Origin: an uncultured Clostridia bacterium
GTDB taxonomy: Bacteria; Bacillota; Clostridia; Christensenellales; UBA1242
Direction: 5' to 3'
DNA: 64,000 bases
NCBI GenBank assembly: GCA_930990515.1
Contig: CAKNPS010000001.1
Coordinates: 295,280-359,279 of the forward strand
The translations under genes were made by a program, and so were the position numbers. Shown here in pieces: positions 9,690-20,286 of this stretch. Positions within the stretch are counted from its first letter, which is position 1, and each line of letters begins with the position of its first letter. A model generated the notes under the pieces. It ran no database searches, was not told the DNA's origin, and saw nothing but the letters and a program-made list of their open reading frames with translations.

Positions 9690-11844
9690 TATTTTCTCCA
9701 TCTTCCACACCTTTCATTGTGAGAGAAATACGCTTTTTGTTAACATCAACGCTCATAACCTTAACTTTGACTTTATCGCCAACTTTAACAACTTCAGAAG
9801 GGTGTTTTACATAACCTTCAGAAAGTTGAGAAATGTGAACAAGTCCGTCTTGGTGCACACCAATATCAACAAATGCTCCGAAGTCAACAACATTACGAAC
9901 AACGCCGTCAAACACCATTCCTTCTTTTAAGTCTTCCATGTGGATAACATCACTTCGGAGAACTGGTTTTGGCATACTTTCACGAATGTCACGGCCTGGC
10001 TTTTGAAGTTCAGATGTGATATCTTGAAGTGTTGGAACACCAACTCCAACTTCTTTTGCCACTTTTTCTTCTCCTTTTTGTTCAATCATTTTTGGAAGAA
10101 GAGAAAGATTATGATTTTTAACATCATCTTCTGTCAAATTAAAGAGTTTTAAAAGTTTTCTTGTTGCATCATAACTTTCAGGGTGAACAGCAGTGTTATC
10201 CAAAATGTTTTCTCCCCCAACAACACGAAGGAAGCCCGCACATTGTTCATAGGCCTTTGGTCCAAGTTTTGGAACAGATAAAAGTTCTTCTCTGTTTTTA
10301 AAACCTTTAATTTTGGTTCTATATGTCACAATATTCTTTGCGATTGACATATTAAGTCCAGAAACATAGGAAAGAAGGGAAGGTGAAGCAGTGTTCAAAT
10401 CAACACCAACACTATTAACACAGTCTTCCACAACCCCTGTCAAAACTTCTGTCAAACGGTTTTGTGGCATATCGTGTTGATATTGCCCAACACCAATTGA
10501 TTTAACATCAATTTTAATAAGTTCTGCAAGTGGGTCTTGAAGGCGACGAGCAATGGAAACTGCAGAACGCAAAGAAACATCATAGTCTGGAAATTCTTCT
10601 GCCCCAAGTTTTGAAGCAGAATAAACAGATGCTCCTGCTTCTGAAACAACTGCATAACTTACTGGGCGATTTACATGTTTAATAAGTTCAGCAACAAAAA
10701 TTTCCGCTTCCTTTGATGCTGTTCCGTTACCAATGGAAATGATGTCTACATCATATTTTTCAATCAACACTTTCAATTTTTCAATGCTTTCTTCTGTTTT
10801 TGATTGTGGTGGAGTTGGATAAATAACAGTTGTGTCTAAAACTGCTCCATTTTTATCAATAACAGCAATCTTGCAACCTGTTCTATAAGCAGGGTCAAGA
10901 CCTAAAATGATATTGTTTTTGAGTGGTGCTTCCATTAAAAGTGGTTTTAAGTTCACTTCAAACATTTTAATCGCTTGCTCATCTGCTCTATCTGTCAAGT
11001 TACTACGACATTCCCTTTCAAGAGATGGGAAAAGAAGTCTGTCATAACTATCTCTAATTGTTTCTTCCATTAATGCATCAGTGTCTGGATTATTTTTCTT
11101 GAAGTGGTGATTTATAACATCAAACATAAGTTTTTCGTCAATTGTAATTTCCACTTTCAAGCATTTTTCGTTTTCGCCACGATTGATAGCAAGAATTCTA
11201 TGACTTGGCAAGTTTTTAACTTCTTGTTTAAAGCCAGCATAAGTTTCATAAGTCAAATTATTTTCATTTTCAAGAAGAGTGCAGTTAATAACTCCTTTTT
11301 CAGCCAAAATTTCACGAAGTTCCTTTCTTAGTTCCGCACTGTCAGAAATTCTTTCTGCAACAATATCTTTTGCACCCTGAATTGCTTCTTCCACTGTTGG
11401 CACATCTTCTTTAATATATTTTTGTGCTTCGTCCATAATGACAAAACTTTTGCTTTGTGCCTGCAAAATGTCCGCAAGACCTTCCAAACCTTTGCTGATA
11501 GCAACAGAAGCACGAGTTTTTCTTTTTGGCTTGTATGGACGGTAAATATCTTCAACTTCCGTTAATGTCATAGCATCAGAAAGTGCTTTGGCAAGTTCGT
11601 CAGTCCATTTCCCTTGTTCGGTAATAACTTTTTGCACCTTTTCCTTTTCTTCATTCAAATTTCTAAGATATTTCAATCTATCAGCAAAATCACGAAGCAC
11701 TTGGTCATCACAAGAGCCGTGCATTTCCTTTCTGTAACGCGCAATGAAAGGAATTGTGTTTCCTTCGTCAATAAGTTCAATAATGTTTCCAGCATAATCA
11801 AGTCTAAGTCCAAATTCGCTTGCAAGTTGTTCTTTAATTTCCAT
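9682..11844 (-). CDS. tex: Transcription accessory protein Tex (S1 RNA-binding domain protein)
   Basis: 720 aa. Tex N-terminal, YqgF-like and HhH regions, with a C-terminal S1 domain (GMVFDGVVRNVVDFGAFVDIG). Confidence 0.9.
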   Translation of the reverse strand: MEIKEQLASEFGLRLDYAGNIIELIDEGNTIPFIARYRKEMHGSCDDQVLRDFADRLKYLRNLNEEKEKVQKVITEQGKWTDELAKALSDAMTLTEVEDIYRPYKPKRKTRASVAISKGLEGLADILQAQSKSFVIMDEAQKYIKEDVPTVEEAIQGAKDIVAERISDSAELRKELREILAEKGVINCTLLENENNLTYETYAGFKQEVKNLPSHRILAINRGENEKCLKVEITIDEKLMFDVINHHFKKNNPDTDALMEETIRDSYDRLLFPSLERECRSNLTDRADEQAIKMFEVNLKPLLMEAPLKNNIILGLDPAYRTGCKIAVIDKNGAVLDTTVIYPTPPQSKTEESIEKLKVLIEKYDVDIISIGNGTASKEAEIFVAELIKHVNRPVSYAVVSEAGASVYSASKLGAEEFPDYDVSLRSAVSIARRLQDPLAELIKIDVKSIGVGQYQHDMPQNRLTEVLTGVVEDCVNSVGVDLNTASPSLLSYVSGLNMSIAKNIVTYRTKIKGFKNREELLSVPKLGPKAYEQCAGFLRVVGGENILDNTAVHPESYDATRKLLKLFNLTEDDVKNHNLSLLPKMIEQKGEEKVAKEVGVGVPTLQDITSELQKPGRDIRESMPKPVLRSDVIHMEDLKEGMVFDGVVRNVVDFGAFVDIGVHQDGLVHISQLSEGYVKHPSEVVKVGDKVKVKVMSVDVNKKRISLTMKGVEDGENNE

Positions 11845-11899
11845 TTTAATACCCCTAGTTTTCGCATAAGTAGATTAGAGAGCGTGTATGCGATTAAAT

Positions 11900-12940
11900 T
11901 TATTTAAGTTTACTCCCTAATGTTATTTTATCATAATTCTCGCCATTTTCCATAACAAAAACGCCATTTTCTTGAAGAATTTTTCCTTCTTTCACTGTCA
12001 TAACAACATCTTGCTTAGAAAGTTCAAAGACAATGCCTTTGAAAATGTCGTCATTCAATATATTTTGACGATTTAAGACAATAAAATTGGCAAAATTACC
12101 TTCTTTAACTTTTGCATCAAACCCTAAAATTTCTGCACCTTTTGTTGTGGCAATTTCAAAAACTTGTTTTGGCGATAAAAGAGTGGAATTTTCCATAACA
12201 AAAGAATTAAAAGAAAGAAGTTGACGCATAAAACTGAAGAAATCAATTTCAGCATAATCACCACTGCCAATTCCAAAAGGAATTTCAAACTTTTCTAAGG
12301 AATTAATGTTGGCAAATCTCCTTCCACTTCTTGCATCATCGTTTGGAAGCAAAATAAAACTTGTGTCATAAGAAGAAAAAATTTCAAGTTCATCTTTTTC
12401 AAACAAATTTCCGCCAACAATAACTGCTTTTTTGTCCAAAAATCCAAAATCTTCCAGAAATTCACTTGGCATTTTCCTTGACTTTGCGTTTATTTCTCCC
12501 ATTTCTTCCAATGTCTGCCCAACTTTAATGAAAGTCTTATTTTTTAAATTTAAAGAAAATTCTTCAAGTTCATTTTCTTCTTTTTCGCTTAGATTATCAA
12601 TTAAACTGAATGGAGTTTCAAAAGAAAAATCATAAAAATATAAAGCCCCAGAGAGAATATTCTTTTCTTTCATATATTTTTTTATAATTTCTCTTTCTTG
12701 GCTACTAAAGGTTCTATTCTCATCAAAATAACTGTTTTTGACCGCATTTAAAGAACGATAAAAACAATTTGCAAAGGCTGGTGTTATGATATTGCCCTTT
12801 AAATCAACAATTTTATCCACCTTTTCAGCACTTAAATTTCCTATTTTCTCAATTATGCCATTATTAACCAAAATATCAACATTTCGGGCTTTTTCATTAT
12901 CAAAACTGATTAAATTTCCATTTTTGAAAAGCGTTTTCAT
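11900..12940 (-). CDS. Amidohydrolase-family protein lacking the HxH metal motif
   Basis: N-terminal (KNGNLISF..ILVNNGIIEKIG..DLKGNIITPAF) and C-terminal (VVMTVKEGKIL) amidohydrolase signatures are present. Where P-G-F-x-N-x-H-x-H is expected it reads PAFANCFYRS. Confidence 0.6.
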   Translation of the reverse strand: MKTLFKNGNLISFDNEKARNVDILVNNGIIEKIGNLSAEKVDKIVDLKGNIITPAFANCFYRSLNAVKNSYFDENRTFSSQEREIIKKYMKEKNILSGALYFYDFSFETPFSLIDNLSEKEENELEEFSLNLKNKTFIKVGQTLEEMGEINAKSRKMPSEFLEDFGFLDKKAVIVGGNLFEKDELEIFSSYDTSFILLPNDDARSGRRFANINSLEKFEIPFGIGSGDYAEIDFFSFMRQLLSFNSFVMENSTLLSPKQVFEIATTKGAEILGFDAKVKEGNFANFIVLNRQNILNDDIFKGIVFELSKQDVVMTVKEGKILQENGVFVMENGENYDKITLGSKLK

Positions 12941-13023
12941 CTTTCTTCCTTTTAAATCGCAAATTTTTGTTTGTTTTGCAAATACTATGAAAATATTTTA
13001 ACAATTTTAAAAGGAAAAAGCAA

Positions 13024-14226
13024 ATGAAAGAAAGGGTTATTTTACACTCTGATGCCAACAACTTTTTCGCTTCGGTGGAATGTATAGGAAATGAAAAACT
13101 AAAAACTAAACCTGTCGCCGTAACTGGCAATCCAAACAAGCGCAATGGAATAATTCTTGCCAAAAACGAAACAGCCAAAAATTTAGGAATAAAAACAGGA
13201 GAAGCAATCTGGCAAGCAAAACGGAAAGCCAAAGATTTAGTTTGTTTGCCACCGCACTATGATAAATATGAAAAAATTTCTCTCAAACTCCACGAAATTT
13301 ATCTTGACTATACTGACTTTGTCGAACCACTTGGGCTTGACGAATGTTGGCTTGATGTGACAGAAAGTTTACACTATCTAAATAAGACAGGAAAAGAAAT
13401 TGCCGATGATATCAGAACTCGTGTTAAAGAAGAACTTTCAATCACTGTTTCAGTTGGAGTTTCTTTCAGTAAAATTTTTGCCAAACTTGGAAGCGACCTT
13501 AAAAAACCAGACGCAACAACCGTCATTTCTCGTGAAAATTTCAAAGAAATAACTTATTCCCTGCCCTTAAACAGCATTGTCGGAATTGGTGGAAAATTGG
13601 AAAATAAATTTACCAAAATGAATATTCTAACTATTGGCGATTTTATCAAACTTGACGATAACTTAATCAAACCAATTATGGGCAAGACCGGAATAGAATT
13701 AAAACAAAAATTAAAAGGTGAATTAATCGAACCCGTTCCCTGCTATTTTAATCTTGCTCCACCCAAAAGCATAGGCAATGGGACAACAACTATCATTGAC
13801 ATACAAAAAAGAAGTGAAATAAAAAAAGTTGTCGCCTTTTTATCAGAAAAAGTTTCAAGTCGTCTAATCAAAGGAAAATATCAAGGAAACACGATTGCCG
13901 TAACAATTAAGACTTCTGATTTTGAAAAATTTAGACATAGCAAAAAGATTGAACCTATTCAAAGTTATCATAAGGTTTTAGAAAATGCTATGGAACTTTT
14001 AGACAGTTTTTGGAAGTACGACAAAAAAGTAAGAGCAATCAGAGTTAGGATTTCGTCATTAAAAAAAGTGGACGAATTTCAGCAACTTTCACTTTTCCAA
14101 GACGATAAAATTAAACTCACAGAAAGTGTGGAATATATAAATCGTAAATATGGAAAAAACAAAATCTATATTGCAAGTGATGGCTTTTCTTACATTAATC
14201 GTAAAACCGAACAAGAAGAACAGTGA
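13024..14226 (+). CDS. dinB: DNA polymerase IV (Y-family)
   Basis: ILHSDANNFFASVE start motif, LGLDECWLDVT, SVGVSFSKIFAKLGSDLKKPD. 400 aa. Confidence 0.9.
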   Translation: MKERVILHSDANNFFASVECIGNEKLKTKPVAVTGNPNKRNGIILAKNETAKNLGIKTGEAIWQAKRKAKDLVCLPPHYDKYEKISLKLHEIYLDYTDFVEPLGLDECWLDVTESLHYLNKTGKEIADDIRTRVKEELSITVSVGVSFSKIFAKLGSDLKKPDATTVISRENFKEITYSLPLNSIVGIGGKLENKFTKMNILTIGDFIKLDDNLIKPIMGKTGIELKQKLKGELIEPVPCYFNLAPPKSIGNGTTTIIDIQKRSEIKKVVAFLSEKVSSRLIKGKYQGNTIAVTIKTSDFEKFRHSKKIEPIQSYHKVLENAMELLDSFWKYDKKVRAIRVRISSLKKVDEFQQLSLFQDDKIKLTESVEYINRKYGKNKIYIASDGFSYINRKTEQEEQ

Positions 14227-14371
14227 GTAGCATTGCCACTTTATGATTATGAATTATGCATAGATAAAGATTGATAAAATTAGTAAAAGTTAGTTTTTTA
14301 TTTTGAAAAATTTTAATTTTGCATTTTATTATATTTCAATTTATGTTATACTCTTTATATTAGGAGAAAAA

Positions 14372-15001
14372 ATGTTAAGCTTACCGGTCTTAAAAAAATT
14401 AACAAAAGAAATTTATAAACTTTTTAAAGAAGAAAATACTGGACACGATTTTTCACATCTAAAAAGAGTTATGCAGAATGCTATCTATATTCAAAAAAGA
14501 GAAGGTGGTGATTTATATATCATTGCCATATCCGCCCTAGTCCACGATATTCACAGATTAGTCTCCAATCAAAAAGGATATTTTGTTAGAGCAGAAGATT
14601 GTTTAGATGTTGTGGAAAAAATTTTGAAAGATTGTGGCATTGAAGAAGATAAAATAAAAGAAATTTTATATATCGTTGAAAACCACGAAAGAAAACGAGA
14701 AAAAATTTTTAATCTTGAAACGTATATTGTGCAAGATGCTGACATTCTTGACGCCTTAGGAAAAATCGGACTTAAACGATGTTTAAAATATTGTAAAACT
14801 CACAAAATTCCAGTTTCAAACACAAAATATCCACTAAACTCCCCTGAATATATACCTGACATAAACCCAATTTCTTCCTGCCACTATATTTACAACACAA
14901 TAATACCAAATGCCGACTTTTTATACACTGAAACTGCAAAGAAAATGGCAAAAGGAAAGGTTAAAATGCTGGAAAATTTTGTTAAACATAATTATAAATA
15001 A
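14372..15001 (+). CDS. HD-domain phosphohydrolase
   Basis: Start set at ATG 14372 behind AGGAG. H..HD pattern (FSHLKRV..SALVHDIHR..VQDADILD). Confidence 0.8.
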   Translation: MLSLPVLKKLTKEIYKLFKEENTGHDFSHLKRVMQNAIYIQKREGGDLYIIAISALVHDIHRLVSNQKGYFVRAEDCLDVVEKILKDCGIEEDKIKEILYIVENHERKREKIFNLETYIVQDADILDALGKIGLKRCLKYCKTHKIPVSNTKYPLNSPEYIPDINPISSCHYIYNTIIPNADFLYTETAKKMAKGKVKMLENFVKHNYK

Positions 15002-15060
15002 GATAAATTTGTAACAAATTTTAAACTAAAATTTTATAAAATCAAATTTTGATAAAAAAT

Positions 15061-15082
15061 AAAACAGGCAAAAACCTGTTTT
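15061..15082. terminator. Bidirectional terminator between the HD gene and secF
   Basis: aaaacagg-caaaaa-cctgtttt. The arms carry their own A and T runs. Confidence 0.75.
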
Positions 15083-15085
15083 ATT

Positions 15086-16237
15086 TTAAACTTCATATTG
15101 TTGTCTCTTTTCTTTTTGTTTCTCTTTTTCGGCAATCTTTGCAAGTTTTCTCTTTGATGGTCGATAGGCAATTGCCCAAAGTCCAGTTGTAAGGAAATTG
15201 GAAGAATAGAAACCAGAGAGTATTCCAATCATAATTGGGAAGGCAAATTGTTGAATGTCGCTAACACCAATCACAGTGATAAAGAAAATCATAATAAATG
15301 TCGTAACTGTTGTCAAAATTGTTCTCATCATTGTGCTACGAACTGCATTATCAGCAACAGCATAATTGTCAATTTTGCCTAAATTCTTGCTTAGTTTGAC
15401 ATTCTCTCTAATTCTATCAAAGATGATAATAGTGTTGTTGATTGAATATCCCAAAATTGTGATAAGTGCCGCAATGAAAGGTGTGTTAATTGGAATACGG
15501 AAAATAAGCATAAATGATGTTGTAATCAAAATGTCGTGGAAAAGAGCCAAGATTGCTGCAAGTCCGCTAGTAATTTCAAAACGAATAGCAACATAAATCA
15601 AGATTAAAACAACAGCCACTAAAAGAGCAATAAAGGAATTCATAAGAAGCTGACTTGTTGCACTTGCTGTTGTCACCCCACCATTTGCCACAAATGCAGC
15701 AAATTCATTTGAAGTTAAATCATCAGTTGTTGCACTTCCATCAAAATAGCCAAATTCTTTCAAAAGTGCGAGTTGAATTTCATTGTTTTGACTTTCAACT
15801 TCTTCTTCAGTCATATCGCCATTTTGAAATTTGATAATTATAGCATCGCCATTAACAATTGTAAAACTATATCCCCTATCTGCATCAATATTGATTTCAG
15901 TTGTTTGAATAGAACTTAAGTTTACATCATAATTTGCTAAAACGTTATTAATTTTATCAACAACTTCATCATAATTATCTTCTAAATTATAACTCTGGTC
16001 TGAAAATTCAGAACTTCCAGATGTTGCATCATTGAGATATATTGTCATATTTGTTCCGCCAGTAAAATCGAAACCAAGATTAAATCCAAGAGTGCAAAGA
16101 AGTATAATTCCCACAACGATAATTACAATTGGTGCAATAATGAAATATTTAAGATTTCTTGTAAAACTAAACTTTGAATTTTCAATTAAATTATCAATTG
16201 AGAAGCGTGTTTTCTTTTTTGTCATTTTCTTATTCAT
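15086..16237 (-). CDS. secF: Protein translocase subunit SecF
   Basis: Start at ATG 16237 (GGAGGTGA upstream), overlapping the secD stop in ATGAATAA. Multi-pass SecF-type C-terminal membrane domain. Confidence 0.9.
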   Translation of the reverse strand: MNKKMTKKKTRFSIDNLIENSKFSFTRNLKYFIIAPIVIIVVGIILLCTLGFNLGFDFTGGTNMTIYLNDATSGSSEFSDQSYNLEDNYDEVVDKINNVLANYDVNLSSIQTTEINIDADRGYSFTIVNGDAIIIKFQNGDMTEEEVESQNNEIQLALLKEFGYFDGSATTDDLTSNEFAAFVANGGVTTASATSQLLMNSFIALLVAVVLILIYVAIRFEITSGLAAILALFHDILITTSFMLIFRIPINTPFIAALITILGYSINNTIIIFDRIRENVKLSKNLGKIDNYAVADNAVRSTMMRTILTTVTTFIMIFFITVIGVSDIQQFAFPIMIGILSGFYSSNFLTTGLWAIAYRPSKRKLAKIAEKEKQKEKRQQYEV

Positions 16238-17600
16238 GAGCCTCACCTCCCACTGTTCCCACAACTTCCACTGCAGGTTCTTCTTTCACTGGTCTTTGTT
16301 GTTTTGGAAGATGAAGTTTCTTTCCATTCACACTATTAAATGGTAAATACCACTTAACAAAGAAACGCATAATAACAAGGTTCATAAACATTGAAAGGAC
16401 AATACCAATCAAAAGTGTGATTGCAAAACCTTGAATTGATGAAGTTCCTAAAATGTAAAGCACAAGTGATGTGATGATTGTTGTGATGTTTGAGTCAAAA
16501 ATTGGCCAAAATGCACGCTTAAAGCCATTTCTTGCTGCCATAGGAATTTTCTTTCCAGCACGATAATCTTCTCTTGTTTTTTCAAAGATAATAACAGTTC
16601 CGTCAACTGCCATACCAATACTAAGCACAATTCCCGCAAGTCCTGGAAGAGTCAATTGAACAAAGGAAATTGCTTGTAAGAAGAATAACATTAAAACAAT
16701 GTAAATGATAAGTGCAAAAGATGCAAGAAGACCGAAATCACCGTAACGAAGCCACAAAATAAGCATAATGAGCACAAGTCCTACTGCTCCCCCAATAATA
16801 ACAAATTTAAGAGCTTCTGAGCCTAATGTTGCAGAAACGACATTGCTTTCTTTAAGACTTAAAGTAACATTAAATGTTCCAGACATAATTTGAAGAGAAT
16901 AGTTTTGTGCATCATCATAAGTCCAAGTGTTTGAAGAGTCTCCAGAAGAAATGAATGTGCTTCCACTTGTGATTTGTTCAGAACAAGTCAAAGTGTTCCA
17001 TAAGTTGTCACTATTAATTTCGCCTAAATAGATGTAGATGTTTTGGTCGCCATTTGCGGCTTCTCTAGTTAAGTTAGAAAAATTTGTTCTACCTTCATCA
17101 GTAAAGTTGATAACAACACCATATTGACTATCTTGATAAGAAACATAAACATTAGAAATGTCAGAACCAGAAATTTTTGCTTCTCCGTTTTCAGTTAATG
17201 TCATATAAAGAGGAGTTGGATCACCAATAAGATCAAAAATTTCATTTGAATCTGTCACACTTGGCACTTCAATACGAATTTCAGAACTCCCCTGACGAGT
17301 GATGATTGCTTCTGAATATTCTCCACCAATAACATTTTCAAGACGAGAAACTGTCGCATCAATTGCTGTATTTAAATCGTCAGTATTGCTATCTGCAGAA
17401 AGAGAACAATCATAAACAACAGAAATACCACCCGCAAGGTCAAGTCCCAGTGAGATAGAGTTGGCAAAACCATTATAGGTTGAGCCATTTGTAAAAGGAA
17501 TTATAAAACTACATACTGAAAGAACAATACCAATAGCGGTAAGCACTGCGACAGCAACGAAATTGAGTATTGAATTCTTTTTAAGTCTATTTTTTGCCAT
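16230..17600 (-). CDS. secD: Protein translocase subunit SecD
   Basis: 456 aa. N-terminal TM segment, large periplasmic-type loop, and C-terminal 6-TM SecD/F domain (LPGLAGIVLSIGMAVD). Confidence 0.9.
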   Translation of the reverse strand: MAKNRLKKNSILNFVAVAVLTAIGIVLSVCSFIIPFTNGSTYNGFANSISLGLDLAGGISVVYDCSLSADSNTDDLNTAIDATVSRLENVIGGEYSEAIITRQGSSEIRIEVPSVTDSNEIFDLIGDPTPLYMTLTENGEAKISGSDISNVYVSYQDSQYGVVINFTDEGRTNFSNLTREAANGDQNIYIYLGEINSDNLWNTLTCSEQITSGSTFISSGDSSNTWTYDDAQNYSLQIMSGTFNVTLSLKESNVVSATLGSEALKFVIIGGAVGLVLIMLILWLRYGDFGLLASFALIIYIVLMLFFLQAISFVQLTLPGLAGIVLSIGMAVDGTVIIFEKTREDYRAGKKIPMAARNGFKRAFWPIFDSNITTIITSLVLYILGTSSIQGFAITLLIGIVLSMFMNLVIMRFFVKWYLPFNSVNGKKLHLPKQQRPVKEEPAVEVVGTVGGEAHE

Positions 17601-17682
17601 ACTGCCCCTTAAAATAAAGTGAAAGTTAAATTTATATACCAGTTAAGTATATAACAAAACGGAGCAGTTGTCAATTAAAAAA

Positions 17683-18096
17683 CTAAAATTTTTTAAGATT
17701 TACACAAATTATGCCACAAATCGCGCCAATGATAGTTCCGAAAATTATATCGTTAATAAGAGTCCTATCAAAAACAAACTGTCCGTCCAGCAAAGAGAAG
17801 ACTAAAAAGGCAAAAATTGTGAAAAGAAAGCCAATTAAAAGCCCATTTATTATTCCATTTTCTTTTACTTTTCTCATTCCAAACAGAACTCCAAGAAAGA
17901 TGGAAACTCCTTTTATAACTTGGTTTACTGGAGCAATCAAATTCTCAGAAATATTAGTAAAACGAAGAAGAAAGGCGAAAAATAAGATGGCGATTAGAGA
18001 AACACAAAGAGAAATTAAGACTCCTTTTATCACAGGTTTTAATATTTTTCCATTACCTTTTTCACTAGTTTTAAATATCTTTGCTTTCAGTTTCAT
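17683..18096 (-). CDS. Small multi-pass membrane protein, YrzE/TIGR04086-like
   Basis: Start at ATG 18096 behind GGAAGGAG. Four hydrophobic spans with the KGVLISL..IKGVSIFLG pattern recalled from this family. Assignment is tentative. Confidence 0.5.
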   Translation of the reverse strand: MKLKAKIFKTSEKGNGKILKPVIKGVLISLCVSLIAILFFAFLLRFTNISENLIAPVNQVIKGVSIFLGVLFGMRKVKENGIINGLLIGFLFTIFAFLVFSLLDGQFVFDRTLINDIIFGTIIGAICGIICVNLKKF

Positions 18097-18256
18097 TATT
18101 AACTCCTTCCATAAAAAATATACTTTAAGTAAGTTTTGCAATTTAACAATCAATCGTATTTTGCAAATATAACCTTAATTTCAGGCTTAGTAATGTATAT
18201 GCTTGACCATATAGAAAAAATGCACAACAAATGTGCATTCATAAATAATTTAACTT

Positions 18257-18263
18257 TGTCGAA
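18257..18263 (+). promoter_or_regulatory. Spo0A-box-like motif (TGTCGAA within TTTGTCGAATT)
   Basis: Exact 0A-box heptamer in the glmS / membrane-protein spacer. The same 11-mer occurs at two other intergenic sites. Confidence 0.35.
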
Positions 18264-18413
18264 TTAGAAAACAAAAATTTTAAAATTTAAAGAATCTCTT
18301 TTTCTTAAAGTTAAGCAAATATAGAAAAATGCAAGAATAAATTTATGAATAAAGTATGAAAGTTATTTTAAAATTTTACACCATATAAACAATCATTTAA
18401 AATTGAAAATTTT

Positions 18414-20138
18414 TTATTCCACAGTAACTGATTTTGCAAGATTCTTTGGTTTGTCAGGATTATAACCAAGTTTTTCGCAAATATGAAGTGCCAAAAATTG
18501 CATTGGTATGATTGAAACAAGTGGCATTAATGAAGGTGGGAAAGTTGGAATTTTTAGGTTATCAAAATTTGTTTCAAAATTTGTGACAAGTAAAACACTC
18601 CCATTTCGAGCCTTAACTTCTTCCAAATTGGAAAAAAGTTTTTCTTTAGTTTTTTCTTCAGTGCAAATTGCAATCACAATTGACTTTTCATCAATTAAGG
18701 CAAGTGTTCCGTGCTTAAGTTCTCCAGATGCAATGGCAAAAGAATTTATATAAGTTATTTCTTTTAACTTTAAACTACTTTCTAAGGCTGTGATATAATC
18801 TTGCCTACGCCCAATGAAAAATATCTTTTCAAATTTAGAAATTTTATCAACAACATTTTTATCAATATCAACAAGCGGAAATTTAACTAAAAAATTTTCG
18901 ATTTCCTTTTCTTTCTCTTGAAATTTTCCACTTATATATAAGGAGAAAAGATAAAGCACAAAAACTTGACATGAATAGGCTTTTGTTGAAGCCACAGCAA
19001 TTTCTTTTCCTGCAAATGTTGGTAAAACGTTTCCACAAATTTGATTAAGATATGAATTTGGAGTATTGGTTAAAGCAAGACAACACATTTTCTTTTCTTT
19101 CAACATTTTGGCACAAGCAATTGTATCAGCGGTCTCTCCACTTTGACTAACAAAAATATATAAAGCATTTTTATTTAAAATTTCATTTCCATAACGAAAC
19201 TCACTTGCAATGTAGGCATGCGATGGAATACCAATTTTCTTAAAATATTCTGCTCCTTGCAAAGCCGAGTGGTATGCCGTTCCGCAAGCAATTAAATTGA
19301 TTTCTTTTGGCCTGTTAGGAAAAATAATTTGAGAAAATAAATTTCCATCTTGATAATTTTTATATGTAGTTTTTAAAATGTTTTTAGTTTCCAAAATTTC
19401 ACTTTTCATATGAGTTTTTTCAAAAATTGTTGATTTTTTATCAAATTTTTGCATTTTTTCACTATTTTTTATGATTTTTTTACCATTTTTATCATAAAAA
19501 TAAATTTCATCATTTTTAATTTCAGCAAACTCATTATCACCCAATGTGTAAAAGTTTTCAGTAAGACCAGACAAAACATAAGTGTCACTTACTGCCATAA
19601 TTCCATTTTTAATTTTTGCAACATAAAGCGGACTTTCTCTTTTACCCAAGACTAAATTTCCTTTTTCATCTAAAATTGCCACAGCAAAACTTCCAATCAC
19701 CTTTCTTGAAGCGGAAATGATTTTTTCTAAAAGAGTTCCATTTTCTTTTTCCACAAGATTCACAAAAACCTCTGTGTCGGTTTGCGACCGCCAAGTGTCA
19801 ATTTCTAGTTTTTCTTTTAACTCTTTATAATTTTCCACAATTCCATTGTGAACCATGGCAATATTTTTCGAAAAAGAAAAATGCGGATGAGCATTGTTTT
19901 CAGTTACCCCACCGTGAGTTGCCCAACGCGTATGTCCAATTGCAGTGAAAGAAACTAAATTTTCAACTTTCTTTTCTAAATTACAAATTTCTCCAACTGC
20001 TTTTTCAACTTTTAAATTTTCATTTTCTATGTATGCAACACCAGCAGAATCATATCCGCGATATTCCAAAATTTTAAGACCTTCTGTCACTAATTTAACA
20101 GCATTTAAATTACCTGTGCAGGCACAAATTCCACACAT
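18414..20138 (-). CDS. glmS: Glutamine--fructose-6-phosphate aminotransferase GlmS
   Basis: MCGI N-terminal nucleophile, two SIS domains and the C-terminal LAKSVTVE. Confidence 0.95.
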   Translation of the reverse strand: MCGICACTGNLNAVKLVTEGLKILEYRGYDSAGVAYIENENLKVEKAVGEICNLEKKVENLVSFTAIGHTRWATHGGVTENNAHPHFSFSKNIAMVHNGIVENYKELKEKLEIDTWRSQTDTEVFVNLVEKENGTLLEKIISASRKVIGSFAVAILDEKGNLVLGKRESPLYVAKIKNGIMAVSDTYVLSGLTENFYTLGDNEFAEIKNDEIYFYDKNGKKIIKNSEKMQKFDKKSTIFEKTHMKSEILETKNILKTTYKNYQDGNLFSQIIFPNRPKEINLIACGTAYHSALQGAEYFKKIGIPSHAYIASEFRYGNEILNKNALYIFVSQSGETADTIACAKMLKEKKMCCLALTNTPNSYLNQICGNVLPTFAGKEIAVASTKAYSCQVFVLYLFSLYISGKFQEKEKEIENFLVKFPLVDIDKNVVDKISKFEKIFFIGRRQDYITALESSLKLKEITYINSFAIASGELKHGTLALIDEKSIVIAICTEEKTKEKLFSNLEEVKARNGSVLLVTNFETNFDNLKIPTFPPSLMPLVSIIPMQFLALHICEKLGYNPDKPKNLAKSVTVE

Positions 20139-20286
20139 ATCTTCTCCTTTAAAATATTTTGTATAAGAAAATATATGTAAATAAAATTTTTTTGGTTAAA
20201 TAATAATTATCATAAATTTAAAAGTAAAAAATAAAAAATGATAATTTGTATTTATCATTTTTATTAAAAACTAATAATCCTACTTT

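Noticed and set aside
6131-11907. Many 60-140-aa ORFs inside or antisense to clpC, mcsB and tex. Similar ones occur inside tuf, fusA, ligA and pcrA.
   Set aside because: They are nested in, or antisense to, strongly conserved genes. They are typical shadow ORFs.
12900-13232. 110-aa minus-strand ORF overlapping the dinB start
   Set aside because: It overlaps two well-supported genes and the divergent promoter region, and has no SD.
17711-18172. 153-aa plus-strand ORF
   Set aside because: It is fully antisense to the SD-preceded membrane protein gene 17683..18096, and its product is Lys/Ile-rich nonsense.
20139-20286. glmS ribozyme expected upstream of glmS in Bacillota
   Set aside because: The 148-bp spacer is almost pure A/T, contains only the rsmD terminator-like hairpin, and lacks any GC-rich conserved core. 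It is too short and too simple for the ribozyme.
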